Below are positions 1 to 10,866 of a stretch of DNA of 64,000 nt, one piece after another. A program made the translations under genes and the position numbers. Below the pieces are notes generated by a model. That model was not told the DNA's origin. It saw nothing but the letters and a program-made list of their open reading frames with translations, and ran no database searches. The stretch is from Azolla caroliniana (Eukaryota > Plantae > Polypodiophyta), in assembly GCA_043228905.1 (NCBI GenBank), contig JBHGNT010000011.1, positions 10,726,001 to 10,790,000 on the forward strand. The letters run 5' to 3'. How positions within the stretch are numbered: position 1 is the stretch's first letter; every line of letters starts with the position of its first letter.

Positions 1-3000
1 GCTTCCACCCATTTCGTGCAATAATCCGTTGCCACGATGACATAACGATTACCCGTTCTCATTGCCGGTGGCTTGAACGGTCCGACAAAATCCAACCCCC
101 ACTTCTGGAATGGCTCTAGTGGAAGTACCGGTTGGTGTGGCATTCGTGCTTGCTCCGTAGGCTGGCCCATTCGTTGGCATAGGTCACATTCCTTAGCATA
201 CTTGACGGCGTCTTTTAACGTCGTGGGCCACCACAAGCCGCTCTGCCATACTTTCCTCGCCGTCGCTTCCCCGGCATAGTGTCCTCCGGCAACCCCACAG
301 TGTGCTTCCCGTAAAATTACTTCTTTCTCGTCACTACGGACTGCCCGTCGCCATATTCCATCTGCTCCTTTGTGGTAGAGAGTGTCCCGTAACAGACAGA
401 AATTGCGGCTCTGCACCGCCAGTCGTTTCCTCTCGTCCCGGTTCATTTCCTCCGGTGGCAGGCCCGTGCTTAGGAACTGGTGCATGTTTGTCAGCCATTT
501 ATCTTCTGATGCCACCGTGTCGTCCGCTGCCGTTTCCGGGGTGATACGGAATAACTCCGCGTCCGGGAATTCATCCGCTACTCCGTCGCCTGGTTCTCCG
601 GACTCTAACCGGCTCAGGTAGTCTGCTACGGCATGCTGGATACCGGGCCGGTGGAAAATCTCGAATTCGAACTCCTGCAACAGCAAGGTCCAACGGGCCA
701 ACTTACCGGTCAGGGACGCCTTGGAAACTAAGTAGAGGAGCGCCGAGTGATCCACATGGAAGGAGAACTTCCTTCCCAATAGGTAGTGACGAAACTTTGT
801 GACACTGTAGATCATGCCGAGGGCCTCCCGTTCCGTCGTTGAATAGTTCTTCTCCGCTTGGGACAGCTTCCGGCTGGCGTAATATACCGGCCGGTACCAT
901 TTGGGCTCCGTAAGCTGCATTAAGGCGCTGCCAATCGCGATGTCGGACGCGTCCACGAACACGTGAAATTCCTTGCTCCAATCCGGAGGCTGTACGACGG
1001 GTGCTTGCGATAAAAGTACCTTCAGGGCATTGTATGCCTTATCCTCCGTCTCCGTCCATTGGAACGGTGTCCGATGTACCGCGGTGTGTAATGGTGTCGC
1101 CAAGTCCGCCAAGTGACGGAGCATCCGGCTATGCCACCGGATTTGTCCTAAAAATCGGCTTAGTGCTTTGGCCGTTTTCGGCGCCGGTGCCCCTAGTATG
1201 GCGTTTACTTTGTCCGGGTCGACCGCAATGCCCTCCTTACTTACGATGTGTCCCAGCAATATTCCACTTGAAACCCCAAAGATGCATTTTGCTGGGTTTA
1301 AGCTTAGCCGGTATAACCTGCACTTTTCAAGGCATAACCGTAGGTGCTGCAAATGGTCTTTTCCCCGGCTATAGACTGCAAAATCATCTAGGAAAACTTG
1401 CATGAAGGCAGGAATGTATTCGCCGAAGATCTCCATGATGATTCGCTGGAACGTTGCTGGTGCCGTTTTTAGGCCGAACATCATGACTTCGGCCACAAAC
1501 ACCCCCCATTCGGTGACGAACGCTGTCTTTTCCTGGTCGTCCGGGTGCATCCGGATTTGATTGTACCCGCTGAACCCGTCTAAAAAGCTATAAACTTCAT
1601 GACCGGCGACGGCATCCAGTACTCCGTCCGTGAACGGAAGAGGGAATGCATCCGTAATTGTGGCGGCATTTAGTTTCCTGTAATCAACACACACACGGAT
1701 TTTACCGTTTTTCTTGGGGACGACGACGATGGGGCTTAGCCACGTCGCTTTCTTTACTGGCCGGATGAAGCCCACTCTTAGGAGTTTGTCGATTTCCTCC
1801 TTCACTTTGGCGGCGTAGTTGGGGTTCATTCGGTATCGTCTTTGCGCCACTGGTTTCGCGTCCTTGCCTAAGTGGATCTGATGCTGATATAATTGAGGGT
1901 CCAGCCCTCGCATGTCTTCGTATGACCAGGCGAATACGTCGCGAAACTCCGTGAGAAGTTTGATCATCGCCGCTTTATCTTCCGGCTTCATTTCTTTGGC
2001 GATGTGAACCGGCTTTGATTCGTCCTTGCTTCCTAGGTTCACTTCGTCGAGCTGGGATGCTTTTACCCGTTGGGAAACGGCCATTTCCCGTTCCAACGCT
2101 TCCTGTGCTTGCCGTAATTCCCGAATCGCATCTTTGTCTGGTTCGGCTTCGGTGTCGTCCCGCTGCGGAAAGTATGCGGCTACGGCTTCAGCTACGTCAA
2201 TCTCGAAGAGTGGTACGATCTTCGGATGTTCCTCCAAGTACTGGGCTTCTTCGTCGTCTGCCAATCCTTCAAGCATGTTCACACATTCCGCATACAGCGG
2301 TGTGCATTCCTTACCGTTGCTCGTCCGTGGTTGTGTCGGTACCCGGACCTTGGCTTTTCCGCGCCGGAAGGTAATCATATTTTTTCGCCAATTTTGCTTG
2401 ATGTGTGCTGTTTTCAACCATGGTCTGCCCAGCAATAGTGGGTACGCGCCTTGCGCCTGTAGCTGCAGCACGACAGCCGAGATGTGAAATGTGTGGCCTC
2501 CTATGGTGACTTCCAATTTCCGTATTAAGCCCGTCGGCCGTACAGAGCTCGTATCCGCCATCCGTAGCCAGAACGGGCATGGCTCCCATTCATGTATACC
2601 CAAGGCATCACACGTACGGAGGCTTATTACGTTCACCCCGGAACCTCCATCGATTACGGTGCCGGGAAGTTCGTGCCCTTTGACAATAGCTGTAATCACC
2701 GGACTGCTAGTGTCCACTACCGTTGGTCCCTCCTCCGGGTTTGAGAAGAGGACTGGTGCCGGTGGGGCTATGCCGTCTGACATGCCCGTTTTTAGCCCTT
2801 CCGTAAATCGCGGCACGAGCTGTAAGAGTCTTCCTAGCGGCAACGTGATCTGACATTCTTGCAGTGCTTGCCATGTCTCGTTTTCTGGGTGGCTACCGCC
2901 GGCACTCCCTATGCTATTTGCCTTTTGCCGTTCTGCGTCAGCGACGTTCTTTTCATTGGCTTCCTTCACCCATTCCGTCGCTTGTTTTCGTATGACCTCT

Positions 3001-4886
3001 TGTTTTTCCCACTCTTTGGCCATGCCCCTCGACCGTGTGGTTACTTGCTGTAAATCCGCCACTTCTGGAACCACCATATTAACTGCTGGTCGTTTCTCGT
3101 AGCTCTTTACCGGGCACTGGTTACTGTAGTGGCCTTCCTGCCTGCAGTAGTAGCAGTACTCTTTACGGGTATTGCTGGATTCAGCATTGCTGGTAGCCGG
3201 CGTCGGTCCCGTAGCGAGCGGTGCGTTCTGTGCCGGTTGGCTCCTTGGTGTTCCATGTTCCGGGTCCCTGGGGTGACCACCTTTCTTGAAATTACGTTTC
3301 TTATTATTCTTATTCTTATTTCGGTAGTCCGGTCGTGGTGGATCGTAAAATCGGCCATAGTCCTCCTGGTGCCGTCGGTAACTAGGCGAATGGTCTCTGT
3401 CGTATTGCTCGTGTCGCCTGTTGGGCTCTCGATAACGGTCCGATCGCTCATACCGGTCGTAGTTATCACGCCGATTCCCGTACCGGCCATCATTCTCTTG
3501 CCTGTCTCCGTACCGGACATCTTGTGCCGGTGGGTACCGGTTCCCTCTTTGCCAACGATCGTCATCTTCGTCTCGGCTGCTTCTTGGCTCGATCCGTCGG
3601 ACGGGTGGTGCTTGTCGATTTAACAGGTTGTACTCGCACCGGTCCGTTGTATGACTCTTGGATTGACAAATCACACACTGAGTGCGCATGGTGCACTCTA
3701 CTGCCGAGTGTCCGGCATTCAAGCAGATTGTGCATTGAATTGCCTGCCGGAACCGGAGATCTTCCTCGGTGGGTAACGCCCGTTGTAGTGTTCCCAGCGT
3801 AAGCCATGAGCTTGTCTTTTCCATTTCCCTGACCCGGTCAATGACCTGATCGATGGTGCATCCTCGAAAGTCGATCACCGTACACACCGTGCGTAACGGT
3901 TCCCGGAGTGCGTTTAAAAATATCGTCCGTAATTCCTCCTCCGGGGGTGCACGAGCAAGCTGGCTATGCATCCGTTGGAAACGGATGACGAATTGGGGAA
4001 TGCTTTCCCCTGCCTCCTGCCGGATCGTATAAAACAGGCCCACCATTGTCGTCTGGTCGACCTCCTTGTGGAAAAAATGCAAGAATTTTGCTTTTAATTC
4101 TGCAAATGTTGTGATGGTCGCCGGGTCCTGCGACCGCCGCCATCGTGTCGCTGGTCCCTCCAACGTGACTCCGAATTCCGCTATCTTCGAGCGTTCTTCT
4201 TCCTCCGGTGTCATTCGCTGGGACGTGTGATTTGCTTCCCATGTCTGCTCGAAGTCATCCACATGCGCTTCCGCATCCGGATCATCGCGGTACTTTGAAT
4301 ATTGGAACGGCATGTCGTCGTCCAGTATTAAGCCGCGGTTTAGTGGCGTTTGTTGATATTTTTCCGGTTCTTTCTCCGGTTCCACTTCCGGTACCTTTGC
4401 CGGTCCGTTCGTCGGTGTTGGTGGCTTTGCTTCTTCCACTTCCGGTGTTGGTGGGTTGACGGCTTCCGTTTGCGGTTCCGGATAGCCCTGGTTGAGCGGT
4501 TCCGGTTCTGGAGTCGGCACGGTATCCGACCCGTCGTCTTCCGGGCCGCCGGGGGTATCGTTGCTGCTCCGGTAGTTCGTGTGCACGCTGTATCCCCCTT
4601 CGGAATCTGATTCGTAGGCTGAAAAGGCTTCTGCCTCGTTTTCTCCGCTTGCCAGCGCCTCCAGGAGTCGTTCGGTTTCCCGGAGACTACTTAGACTGCT
4701 TCCGTCGTCCTGGTTGCGAGTTTGCCGTAACCGGAGAGATTCCTCCGCGACTCTCCGGATCTCGTTGGAGAACGAACGATCCGAGCGAATTTCCTGCGCT
4801 GCTTGCTGGAAAGTCTCACGCCGTCTTTGCCGTTCGGCGATGCGTCGAGCTCGGTCTGTAACCAAGTCGTGCGTTGGTCTAGTCAT
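1..4886 (-). CDS. Gag-Pol polyprotein of element A, apparently one uninterrupted frame (>1620 codons, 3' end outside window)
   Basis: ATG at 4886, protease VIDGGSG (~2660), [10 protein letters not shown] (~1403) and integrase [15 protein letters not shown] (pos 2-45) are all in one frame. Zinc knuckle [14 protein letters not shown] near 3120-3160. The ORF track lists no stop-terminated ORF in that frame. Confidence 0.85.
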   Translation of the reverse strand, partial: MTRPTHDLVTDRARRIAERQRRRETFQQAAQEIRSDRSFSNEIRRVAEESLRLRQTRNQDDGSSLSSLRETERLLEALASGENEAEAFSAYESDSEGGYSVHTNYRSSNDTPGGPEDDGSDTVPTPEPEPLNQGYPEPQTEAVNPPTPEVEEAKPPTPTNGPAKVPEVEPEKEPEKYQQTPLNRGLILDDDMPFQYSKYRDDPDAEAHVDDFEQTWEANHTSQRMTPEEEERSKIAEFGVTLEGPATRWRRSQDPATITTFAELKAKFLHFFHKEVDQTTMVGLFYTIRQEAGESIPQFVIRFQRMHSQLARAPPEEELRTIFLNALREPLRTVCTVIDFRGCTIDQVIDRVREMEKTSSWLTLGTLQRALPTEEDLRFRQAIQCTICLNAGHSAVECTMRTQCVICQSKSHTTDRCEYNLLNRQAPPVRRIEPRSSRDEDDDRWQRGNRYPPAQDVRYGDRQENDGRYGNRRDNYDRYERSDRYREPNRRHEQYDRDHSPSYRRHQEDYGRFYDPPRPDYRNKNKNNKKRNFKKGGHPRDPEHGTPRSQPAQNAPLATGPTPATSNAESSNTRKEYCYYCRQEGHYSNQCPVKSYEKRPAVNMVVPEVADLQQVTTRSRGMAKEWEKQEVIRKQATEWVKEANEKNVADAERQKANSIGSAGGSHPENETWQALQECQITLPLGRLLQLVPRFTEGLKTGMSDGIAPPAPVLFSNPEEGPTVVDTSSPVITAIVKGHELPGTVIDGGSGVNVISLRTCDALGIHEWEPCPFWLRMADTSSVRPTGLIRKLEVTIGGHTFHISAVVLQLQAQGAYPLLLGRPWLKTAHIKQNWRKNMITFRRGKAKVRVPTQPRTSNGKECTPLYAECVNMLEGLADDEEAQYLEEHPKIVPLFEIDVAEAVAAYFPQRDDTEAEPDKDAIRELRQAQEALEREMAVSQRVKASQLDEVNLGSKDESKPVHIAKEMKPEDKAAMIKLLTEFRDVFAWSYEDMRGLDPQLYQHQIHLGKDAKPVAQRRYRMNPNYAAKVKEEIDKLLRVGFIRPVKKATWLSPIVVVPKKNGKIRVCVDYRKLNAATITDAFPLPFTDGVLDAVAGHEVYSFLDGFSGYNQIRMHPDDQEKTAFVTEWGVFVAEVMMFGLKTAPATFQRIIMEIFGEYIPAFMQVFLDDFAVYSRGKDHLQHLRLCLEKCRLYRLSLNPAKCIFGVSSGILLGHIVSKEGIAVDPDKVNAILGAPAPKTAKALSRFLGQIRWHSRMLRHLADLATPLHTAVHRTPFQWTETEDKAYNALKVLLSQAPVVQPPDWSKEFHVFVDASDIAIGSALMQLTEPKWYRPVYYASRKLSQAEKNYSTTEREALGMIYSVTKFRHYLLGRKFSFHVDHSALLYLVSKASLTGKLARWTLLLQEFEFEIFHRPGIQHAVADYLSRLESGEPGDGVADEFPDAELFRITPETAADDTVASEDKWLTNMHQFLSTGLPPEEMNRDERKRLAVQSRNFCLLRDTLYHKGADGIWRRAVRSDEKEVILREAHCGVAGGHYAGEATARKVWQSGLWWPTTLKDAVKYAKECDLCQRMGQPTEQARMPHQPVLPLEPFQKWGLDFVGPFKPPAMRTGNRYVIVATDYCTKWVE

Positions 4887-4921
4887 CCATTACCGTCGTT
4901 CGCTGCGAGAAAGCAGGAATC

Positions 4922-4931
4922 GTGGTCGCCA
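4922..4931 (-). promoter_or_regulatory. Primer binding site of A (TGGCGACCAC, tRNA-Arg-like)
   Basis: A few bases downstream of the LTR end; complementary to a tRNA-Arg(UCG)-type 3' end ...GTGGTCGCCA (recalled, not searched). Confidence 0.7.
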
Positions 4932-4937
4932 AAACTG

Positions 4938-5348
4938 TGTTATTCGCTTAGCCGGACAAGGCCTAACACAAGGTGTCACGGAGACACTTCACCAAAGGGT
5001 GATTACGGCATAGGATTAAGATTCAACGATTACACCGACTTACGTAGGTTACACGATTAGATTGCTTGGTTAATTACACGCGTAAGATATAACAGTGATT
5101 ACAGAACGGAAATCAAGACAGAAGTACAAACATCATAAGCTCTATTAATTATCCGCTGTCATTACAATAGGGTCCGGGCCTTTAAATAGGTTTCCGGCCC
5201 GTAGTACAAAACGGTGCCTCTCGCACCTATTCGGGATCCGTCCGGATCTGGAACGGCATACCGTTTCCAGTCCGTCCGTCCACACTATCCTCATTTACAA
5301 CCATATATAATTAATTCCGTATTTTGGACTCCTTGCCGGCCGGTAACA
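4938..5348 (-). repeat. 5' LTR of element A (411 bp)
   Basis: Inverted termini TGTTA/TAACA. Its last ~75 bp recur in + orientation at 13639-13713. Confidence 0.88.
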
Positions 5349-7817
5349 CTTCTTTCCTCTTTTGTTCACTATCTGTGGGTAACGGTCCCGCGGCCGGTTT
5401 CACTTTCTTCTCCACGGTCTTGTATTTCGTACTTACCATTGCTTCTTCTTTGCGGAGCGCATCCGGCCCCATTTTCACAATGATCTCGTACATCTCGACC
5501 GACTCCACCGGAATTACCCGGTTTCCCTGGCTTGTATCTTCCGCGAGCTCTTTCAAGCCGTTGTAGTGTGCTCCCATAGAACACCTCTTCGATTATTCCC
5601 ACGATTTCTTCGTCTTCTTTTATTATTGATGCCGACCGTAACTTATCCTCTACTTTTCGGTATTCTTTCTTCATTTCTCCGGTTACGGCCGTGTACGTGG
5701 ATGCCCCATCCGGACCGATTCGTACTTGTTTTGCACAGAGAGGTTTCTTCCTGTGTGGGGTATCAGGGCTTTTTGGACTATCACTTCCCCACTCCGCAAC
5801 AATCCGCTCTAAAAATCCATTCTTGTTTGGGACAAGAGCTCTCTCTTGTTCCTTTCATGATTTGCCGGCACCATTAGGAATTGGACGGATTTCCCTCCAT
5901 TTTGGCTCCGAATTCGCGCAAAAGCTGCACTGCTATCGAGAACCTTCGTCTCCATCCGTGATGCCGTGATAAAAGGTTGCCCGAGGATCACGAAGTGTGA
6001 GATCTCGTCTTGTACGAAGAAATTTTGGTCGATCTAGACATCCTCGATCTTCACCGTCACATCCGGACAAGCCGCAAATAGATCTTCCGTTGCTTTAGTG
6101 GCCGCCCGGATCTTCCACCCATGATTCGTGTTAATAGGCCACTTACCCTTCCGGTAGAATTCCTTGGACATCAAGTTGATCTCCGATCCGTGATCAATCA
6201 ATCCTAGCACAGGTTCTTTGATGTTACCGATTCGGACCGGAGTCTCTGTAGTTGCGCGTGCCCAGTGTGGCTTTGTGTAGTGAGAATTCGGTATTTCGTC
6301 CTCCAATTCGGTGTCATTCTCCTCCGTACTTTGCCTTTTTTTCTTCACGAGATCCACAAGAAGATCGTGGAACTCCTTCTTCGCTATTCCGAGTAATTTT
6401 CTCGAAGCGAAAAATCTACCCGGCTATCGAGGATTCTCTCCTCAAACACCTTTTTCAAGTTCGTTTGTTGTTCGATGTCTGAGGCGAGTTTGAATGCCGG
6501 AATCATCTTTTCTTTTCCCTTACCTCCGTAGTTCCAGCTTCCCAGTGTCTTCGATGGACCGGCCGCCTCATCCGTGCGCTGTCGCTTCTCATCTACATAC
6601 ACTTCATGCAATTGGCATAAAGCGAACACACTATTCTTATCGACGGGGCAATCCCATCCCGTAGCTTCCCGGATGCTTTCCGCGGTGCTTCGGATCTCGT
6701 TAGAGTCGGTTTTCTCGGTGTTTTCTAGCACTTGCGGCCAAAAAGACGCCTTTGCTCCCGATGACTCCTCGACACGTATTCCCGCGGTTGTCGCGTAATT
6801 GTTCTTCGCCACTATTTCCTCCTCTAGGACCTTCTTCATGCCGCCTTTTCGGAAGTTCAGTCGGAGCGGCTTCCGAGAGTCCATCGAATGAATCTGATTT
6901 CCCTCGTAGTAGATAAGATCCTGTCGTAGCGCTTCCTTGTGCTCGTCGCAATCCCTCCGATCATGTTCGGTGCTATCACACCATATGTATCGACGGTCCA
7001 TATACTTGGAACTTGTCGGACGGTCATCCGACTTCTTCACCATCGCGATTTTGAGATTCTCCATCTCCTTCAGCAATTGCTCCACTGTAGTTGTGTCGAT
7101 TCCCTTCTCAGTTGTAGCTTCCCGAGCCCGCGGTTGATGGTCTTCCGATCCGGATCTCGGTTTCGGAATCGGTTCCGAAACCCTCTTTTCTTCGTTGGCA
7201 AGCCATTGCCCCCTCTTTGTGTATCGTATGCCGATATCCCGCACGCTTTCCCATGTTTCGGTGAGGCCGCTCTCGGTAGTCGTGTCCTCTAGAAGCACTC
7301 CAAGATCCTTCCGGTCCCGGATGTCTACGACTCGTAAGAACATGATAACTTTGTCCGGTGCGAGGATAGCTTGATCTCTCGCAGACAACCTCCCGAACCA
7401 ACTTTCGAATGCCGAAAACACATCGAGGACCTTCATCCCCTTGTCCGACGTTTCTACCCAATCCTCGAATCCTCTCCGCGTTGCCTTGGAGGCGTCCTCG
7501 ATAGCGAACGTGGTCTTTAGCGCCTCTTCAAACGCTTCCCACGTCGGATTTTGTTGTCATAGCCCGTGGATACTTGCTTGAAGCCCGTCGGTAGCCACCC
7601 GGTTGAAGGATGCCACTTGCAGTCCTTCCGAAATCCCGCACCGTAGCATTTCCACTTTGTAGTCCCGAAGATAGCGTGATACGTCCTTTCCGTTGAATTG
7701 CCCGATCCGTTGCACGAGCCTCTCTACTGCCGCCGCTATCTCCAACATTGCACGTTGTTCCTGAAGCATCAGCTCGAACATCATCATCATGTTGTTAGCC
7801 TCCGGTTGATTTTCCAT
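5349..7817 (-). pseudogene. Disrupted gag-protease-pol of element B
   Basis: Fragments 7557-7838, 6384-7436, 6034-6357, 5809-5991 and 5311-5674, separated by stops and frameshifts. Degenerate knuckle YIWCDSTEHDRRDC. Confidence 0.88.
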
Positions 7818-7833
7818 CTCCTTGCCACCCGTT

Positions 7834-7851
7834 TTCACGTCGGGTTCACCA
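7834..7851 (-). promoter_or_regulatory. Primer binding site of B, complementary to tRNA-Trp 3' end
   Basis: TTCACGTCGGGTTCACCA on + strand matches the 3' 18 nt of plant tRNA-Trp as recalled; identical copy at 55393-55410. Confidence 0.85.
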
Positions 7852-7855
7852 CTTG

Positions 7856-8750
7856 TGTTGTGCCTTTCGGCACCGGATCGTTTGCGTGAGTCGGGTGGGA
7901 ACCACCGAGGTTTTGGACTAGGAGAAAAGAAAATTGTAAGGCAATGAAGAATATGAAATATGTTGTAAGAAAGAAAGATATGAAAAACTCGTGAATCCCA
8001 CGAGTATAGTGTATTAGTGAGTACTCAAATTAAGAGACGAAAATAGTTAGCAAACTCGTGGATCCCACGATTATATTATATTAATCAACCCTTGTAAAAA
8101 TAATCAACAACCTCTATACATCTTTCTCTCTTCCTTATATAGTGTTGGAAGAGTCTAAGTTTATCACATGCAAGCATCATGCTTTTCCTATTTTTAGTTT
8201 TCATGCACACTGCATGTGCATGATTAGCTTTCTATCTCATCTTTTCTTTTAACTCGAGTGTCTATGCATGAATAACTTTTTGTACCACGCATGTCTAGAA
8301 ATTTTACATGGGATAAAGTTTAGTATAACTTTAAAATTCATAATACGCTAGTATAATGATAAGGCTTAACATTATTAACATGGAGGTGCAAGGTTCGATT
8401 CTTGCCCTATGCATGTAATATATAATTTTATACTTTCTTCTATTTACAAATATGTCTCTTCATCTGGTGAGAGACTCTCACCGACCTTCTTCATCCGGCT
8501 CTTGCCGGTTCTACTTCATCCGGTTCTCGCCGGTTTTCTTTATCCGGTTCTTACCGGATCCTTCTTACCGGTCCTCTTCGTTCGTTTCTTACCGACTCTC
8601 ACCGGCCTTCTTCATCCGGCTCTCGCCGGTCTCCTTACCCGTTTCGGTCCTCACCGGTTCTTCCTTCCGGTTCTCACTGGGTACTGCATATCCTATCCGG
8701 AGAAACCAAAAATGTAAATTTTCACATAGTGTGCGAATTACACTACGACA
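7856..8750 (-). repeat. 5' LTR of element B (~895 bp)
   Basis: TGTCGT...ACAACA termini on the minus strand. Followed on + by ACGT and then the resumed RNase H frame of C ([10 protein letters not shown]). Confidence 0.82.
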
Positions 8751-10448
8751 ACGTAGATCATTCGGCACTCCTCTATTTAGTTTCCAAATGGTCACTAACT
8801 GGTATGTTGGCACGGTGGACGTTGTTGTTGCAGGAATTTGAGTTCGAAATATTCCACTGACCCGACATACGGCTCGCAGTGGCAGACTATTTGAGCCGGT
8901 TAGATTCCGGCGAGACTGGTAACGGAGTCCCGGACGAGTTTCTGGATGCTAAGCTATTTAGAGTCACCGCGGAAACGGCAACAGATGAAACAGTGGCACA
9001 AGAAGATAAGTGACTAACGAATATGCAACAATTTCTAAGCACCGGATTGCCTCTGGAGGAGATGAACCGGGACGAGAGGAAACGCCTGGCGATACAAAGC
9101 CGACACTTCTGTTTATTACGGGACACGCTATACCACAAAGGCGCGGACGGTATATGGCGACGGGCGGTGCGCAACGACGAGAAGGATATAATACTACGAG
9201 ATGCACACTTGGAGTCACCGGAGGCCAGTACGCTGGAGATGCTACGGCAAGGAAGATATGGCAGAGTGGCCTATGGTGGCCGATAACATTGAAAGACGCG
9301 GTCCGGTACGCTAAAGAATGCGATCTATGTCAACAAATGGGCCAGCCAACTGAACAAGCTAGGATGCCGCACTAGCCGGTACTGCCGTTAGAACCATTTC
9401 AAAAATGGGGGCTGGATTTTGTGGGTCCATTCAAACCATCGGCAATGAGAACTGGCAACAGGTATGTGATCGTAGCTACAGATTACTGCATGAAATGGGT
9501 AGAAGCCAAAGCCTTGCGCGATAACACCGCGACGTCGATGGTGAAATTCTTATATGAATACATCTAGTGCAGGTATGGATGTCCGATCGAGCTAATAAGT
9601 TACCAAGGAGGACACGTCCTCAGACAAGTGGTGGAAAGCTTGACATCGTTCTATGCCGTGGTGCATAAACGGAGCACGCCATACTATCTGCAAGCAAACG
9701 GGTTAGCTGAGTCGACGAACAAAATGCTACAAACCGAACAGACTGGGATACGAAGTTGCACAGCGCACTCTGGGCTTACCGGACAGCCTACAAAACAAGC
9801 ATCCAAACCACACCGTTCCGGCTAGCATTCAGATTGGAGGCCTTCATGCCGGTAGAGTTCCAGATCCCGAGCTTACGGATTCAAATTAGGGAACGGTTAA
9901 ACGAGAAGGAATCGGAGGCAATTCAGTTAACAGCTCTGTGTGAACTAGAAGAACACCAACTAGCGAGTATCATGCACCTGGAACTGGAGCAGTGGTGAAG
10001 AAAGGCGTTTGTGGATCACCATCGAAAAGGAAATGAGAAGATGTTTGGAATCGGCAAGCCGATACTAGTGCTCCAGACTCGGATGGGAAAGATGCCGGGG
10101 AAACTACGGTTTCGGTGGACCGGACCGTACTGGATCACACGCGAGTTGAATGGATCCTACCAGTTAGGGACACTCGCCGGCAAGGTTCTGGGTAAGTGGG
10201 TCAACGGGTTTCGACTAAAGCCATATGAAGGACCGATGCCCAAGAACCCATTTGAACAAAAGGCCGACACCAAAACAGATGCCAGCAAACCGACCGATAC
10301 AGCAACCTGGGTTGAAAACGACAACCACAAAGCCGGTAGGGAGGAGCACGAAATGGCAACCGGGGAGAACAAAATGACGACAAACCGTCAAGAGGCCGGC
10401 AAGGTGCACGCTCGGATTAAGAATCCGGTACGACCGGAGACAAATTAA
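8751..10448 (+). pseudogene. Decayed RNase H end and integrase of element C
   Basis: [12 protein letters not shown], zinc-binding region, QANGLAE, GKLRFRWTGPY; multiple stops and frameshifts. Confidence 0.88.
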
Positions 10449-10471
10449 CTCAACAACGTTATTTTAATCAA

Positions 10472-10507
<36 letters not shown>
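10472..10507. repeat. (AAT)12 microsatellite
   Basis: Perfect trinucleotide run just after the pol stop of C. Confidence 0.95.
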
Positions 10508-10866
10508 CGAATCAAATCAAAGTTAATCATGCAAGGGCGAGGTATGCACAGACATGCAAACGAGGAGTGAACAGGCACTTCCAAAAGGTACGTAGTGGGC
10601 TATGAATAGGGCATTAAACCGCCGCCACATGGCACGTAATGCCATTATAGTATACGACCTACACACGCGTAGGCTCAAAAAAGGCGCCAAGATGCAGAGA
10701 GAAACCCCCCCCCCCCGCATCGAGACCTTCTTCTTTCGCGAACCAAGGAGCACAAATGCACACAAGCGCTTGAAGATCATCAGAAGAGAGCCCACACACA
10801 GAGCCTCCTCACACAGAGCTTCCTCATACACAACCCTCACCAACGCTGTCCGACCTCGACGCAGAC

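Larger units (their letters stand above)
1..5348 (-). mobile_element. Ty3/Gypsy LTR retrotransposon A (non-chromovirus, Athila/Tat-like); 5' portion, runs off the left edge
   Basis: 5' LTR TGTTA...TAACA (4938-5348), PBS, and gag-PR-RT-RH-IN order on the minus strand. Abuts the pol region of element B at 5349. Confidence 0.93.
5349..8750 (-). mobile_element. Ty3/Gypsy element B (tRNA-Trp primed); 5' LTR, gag-protease and start of pol, interrupted by A
   Basis: Homologous to full-length E: IGQFNGKDVS, PHWARATTE, protease LIDHGSEINLM, STKYKTV. PBS and LTR present. Confidence 0.9.

Noticed and set aside
73-5060. Numerous short plus-strand ORFs over element A (and likewise over D and E)
   Set aside because: Antisense shadows of GC-rich gag-pol sequence with no recognisable motifs.
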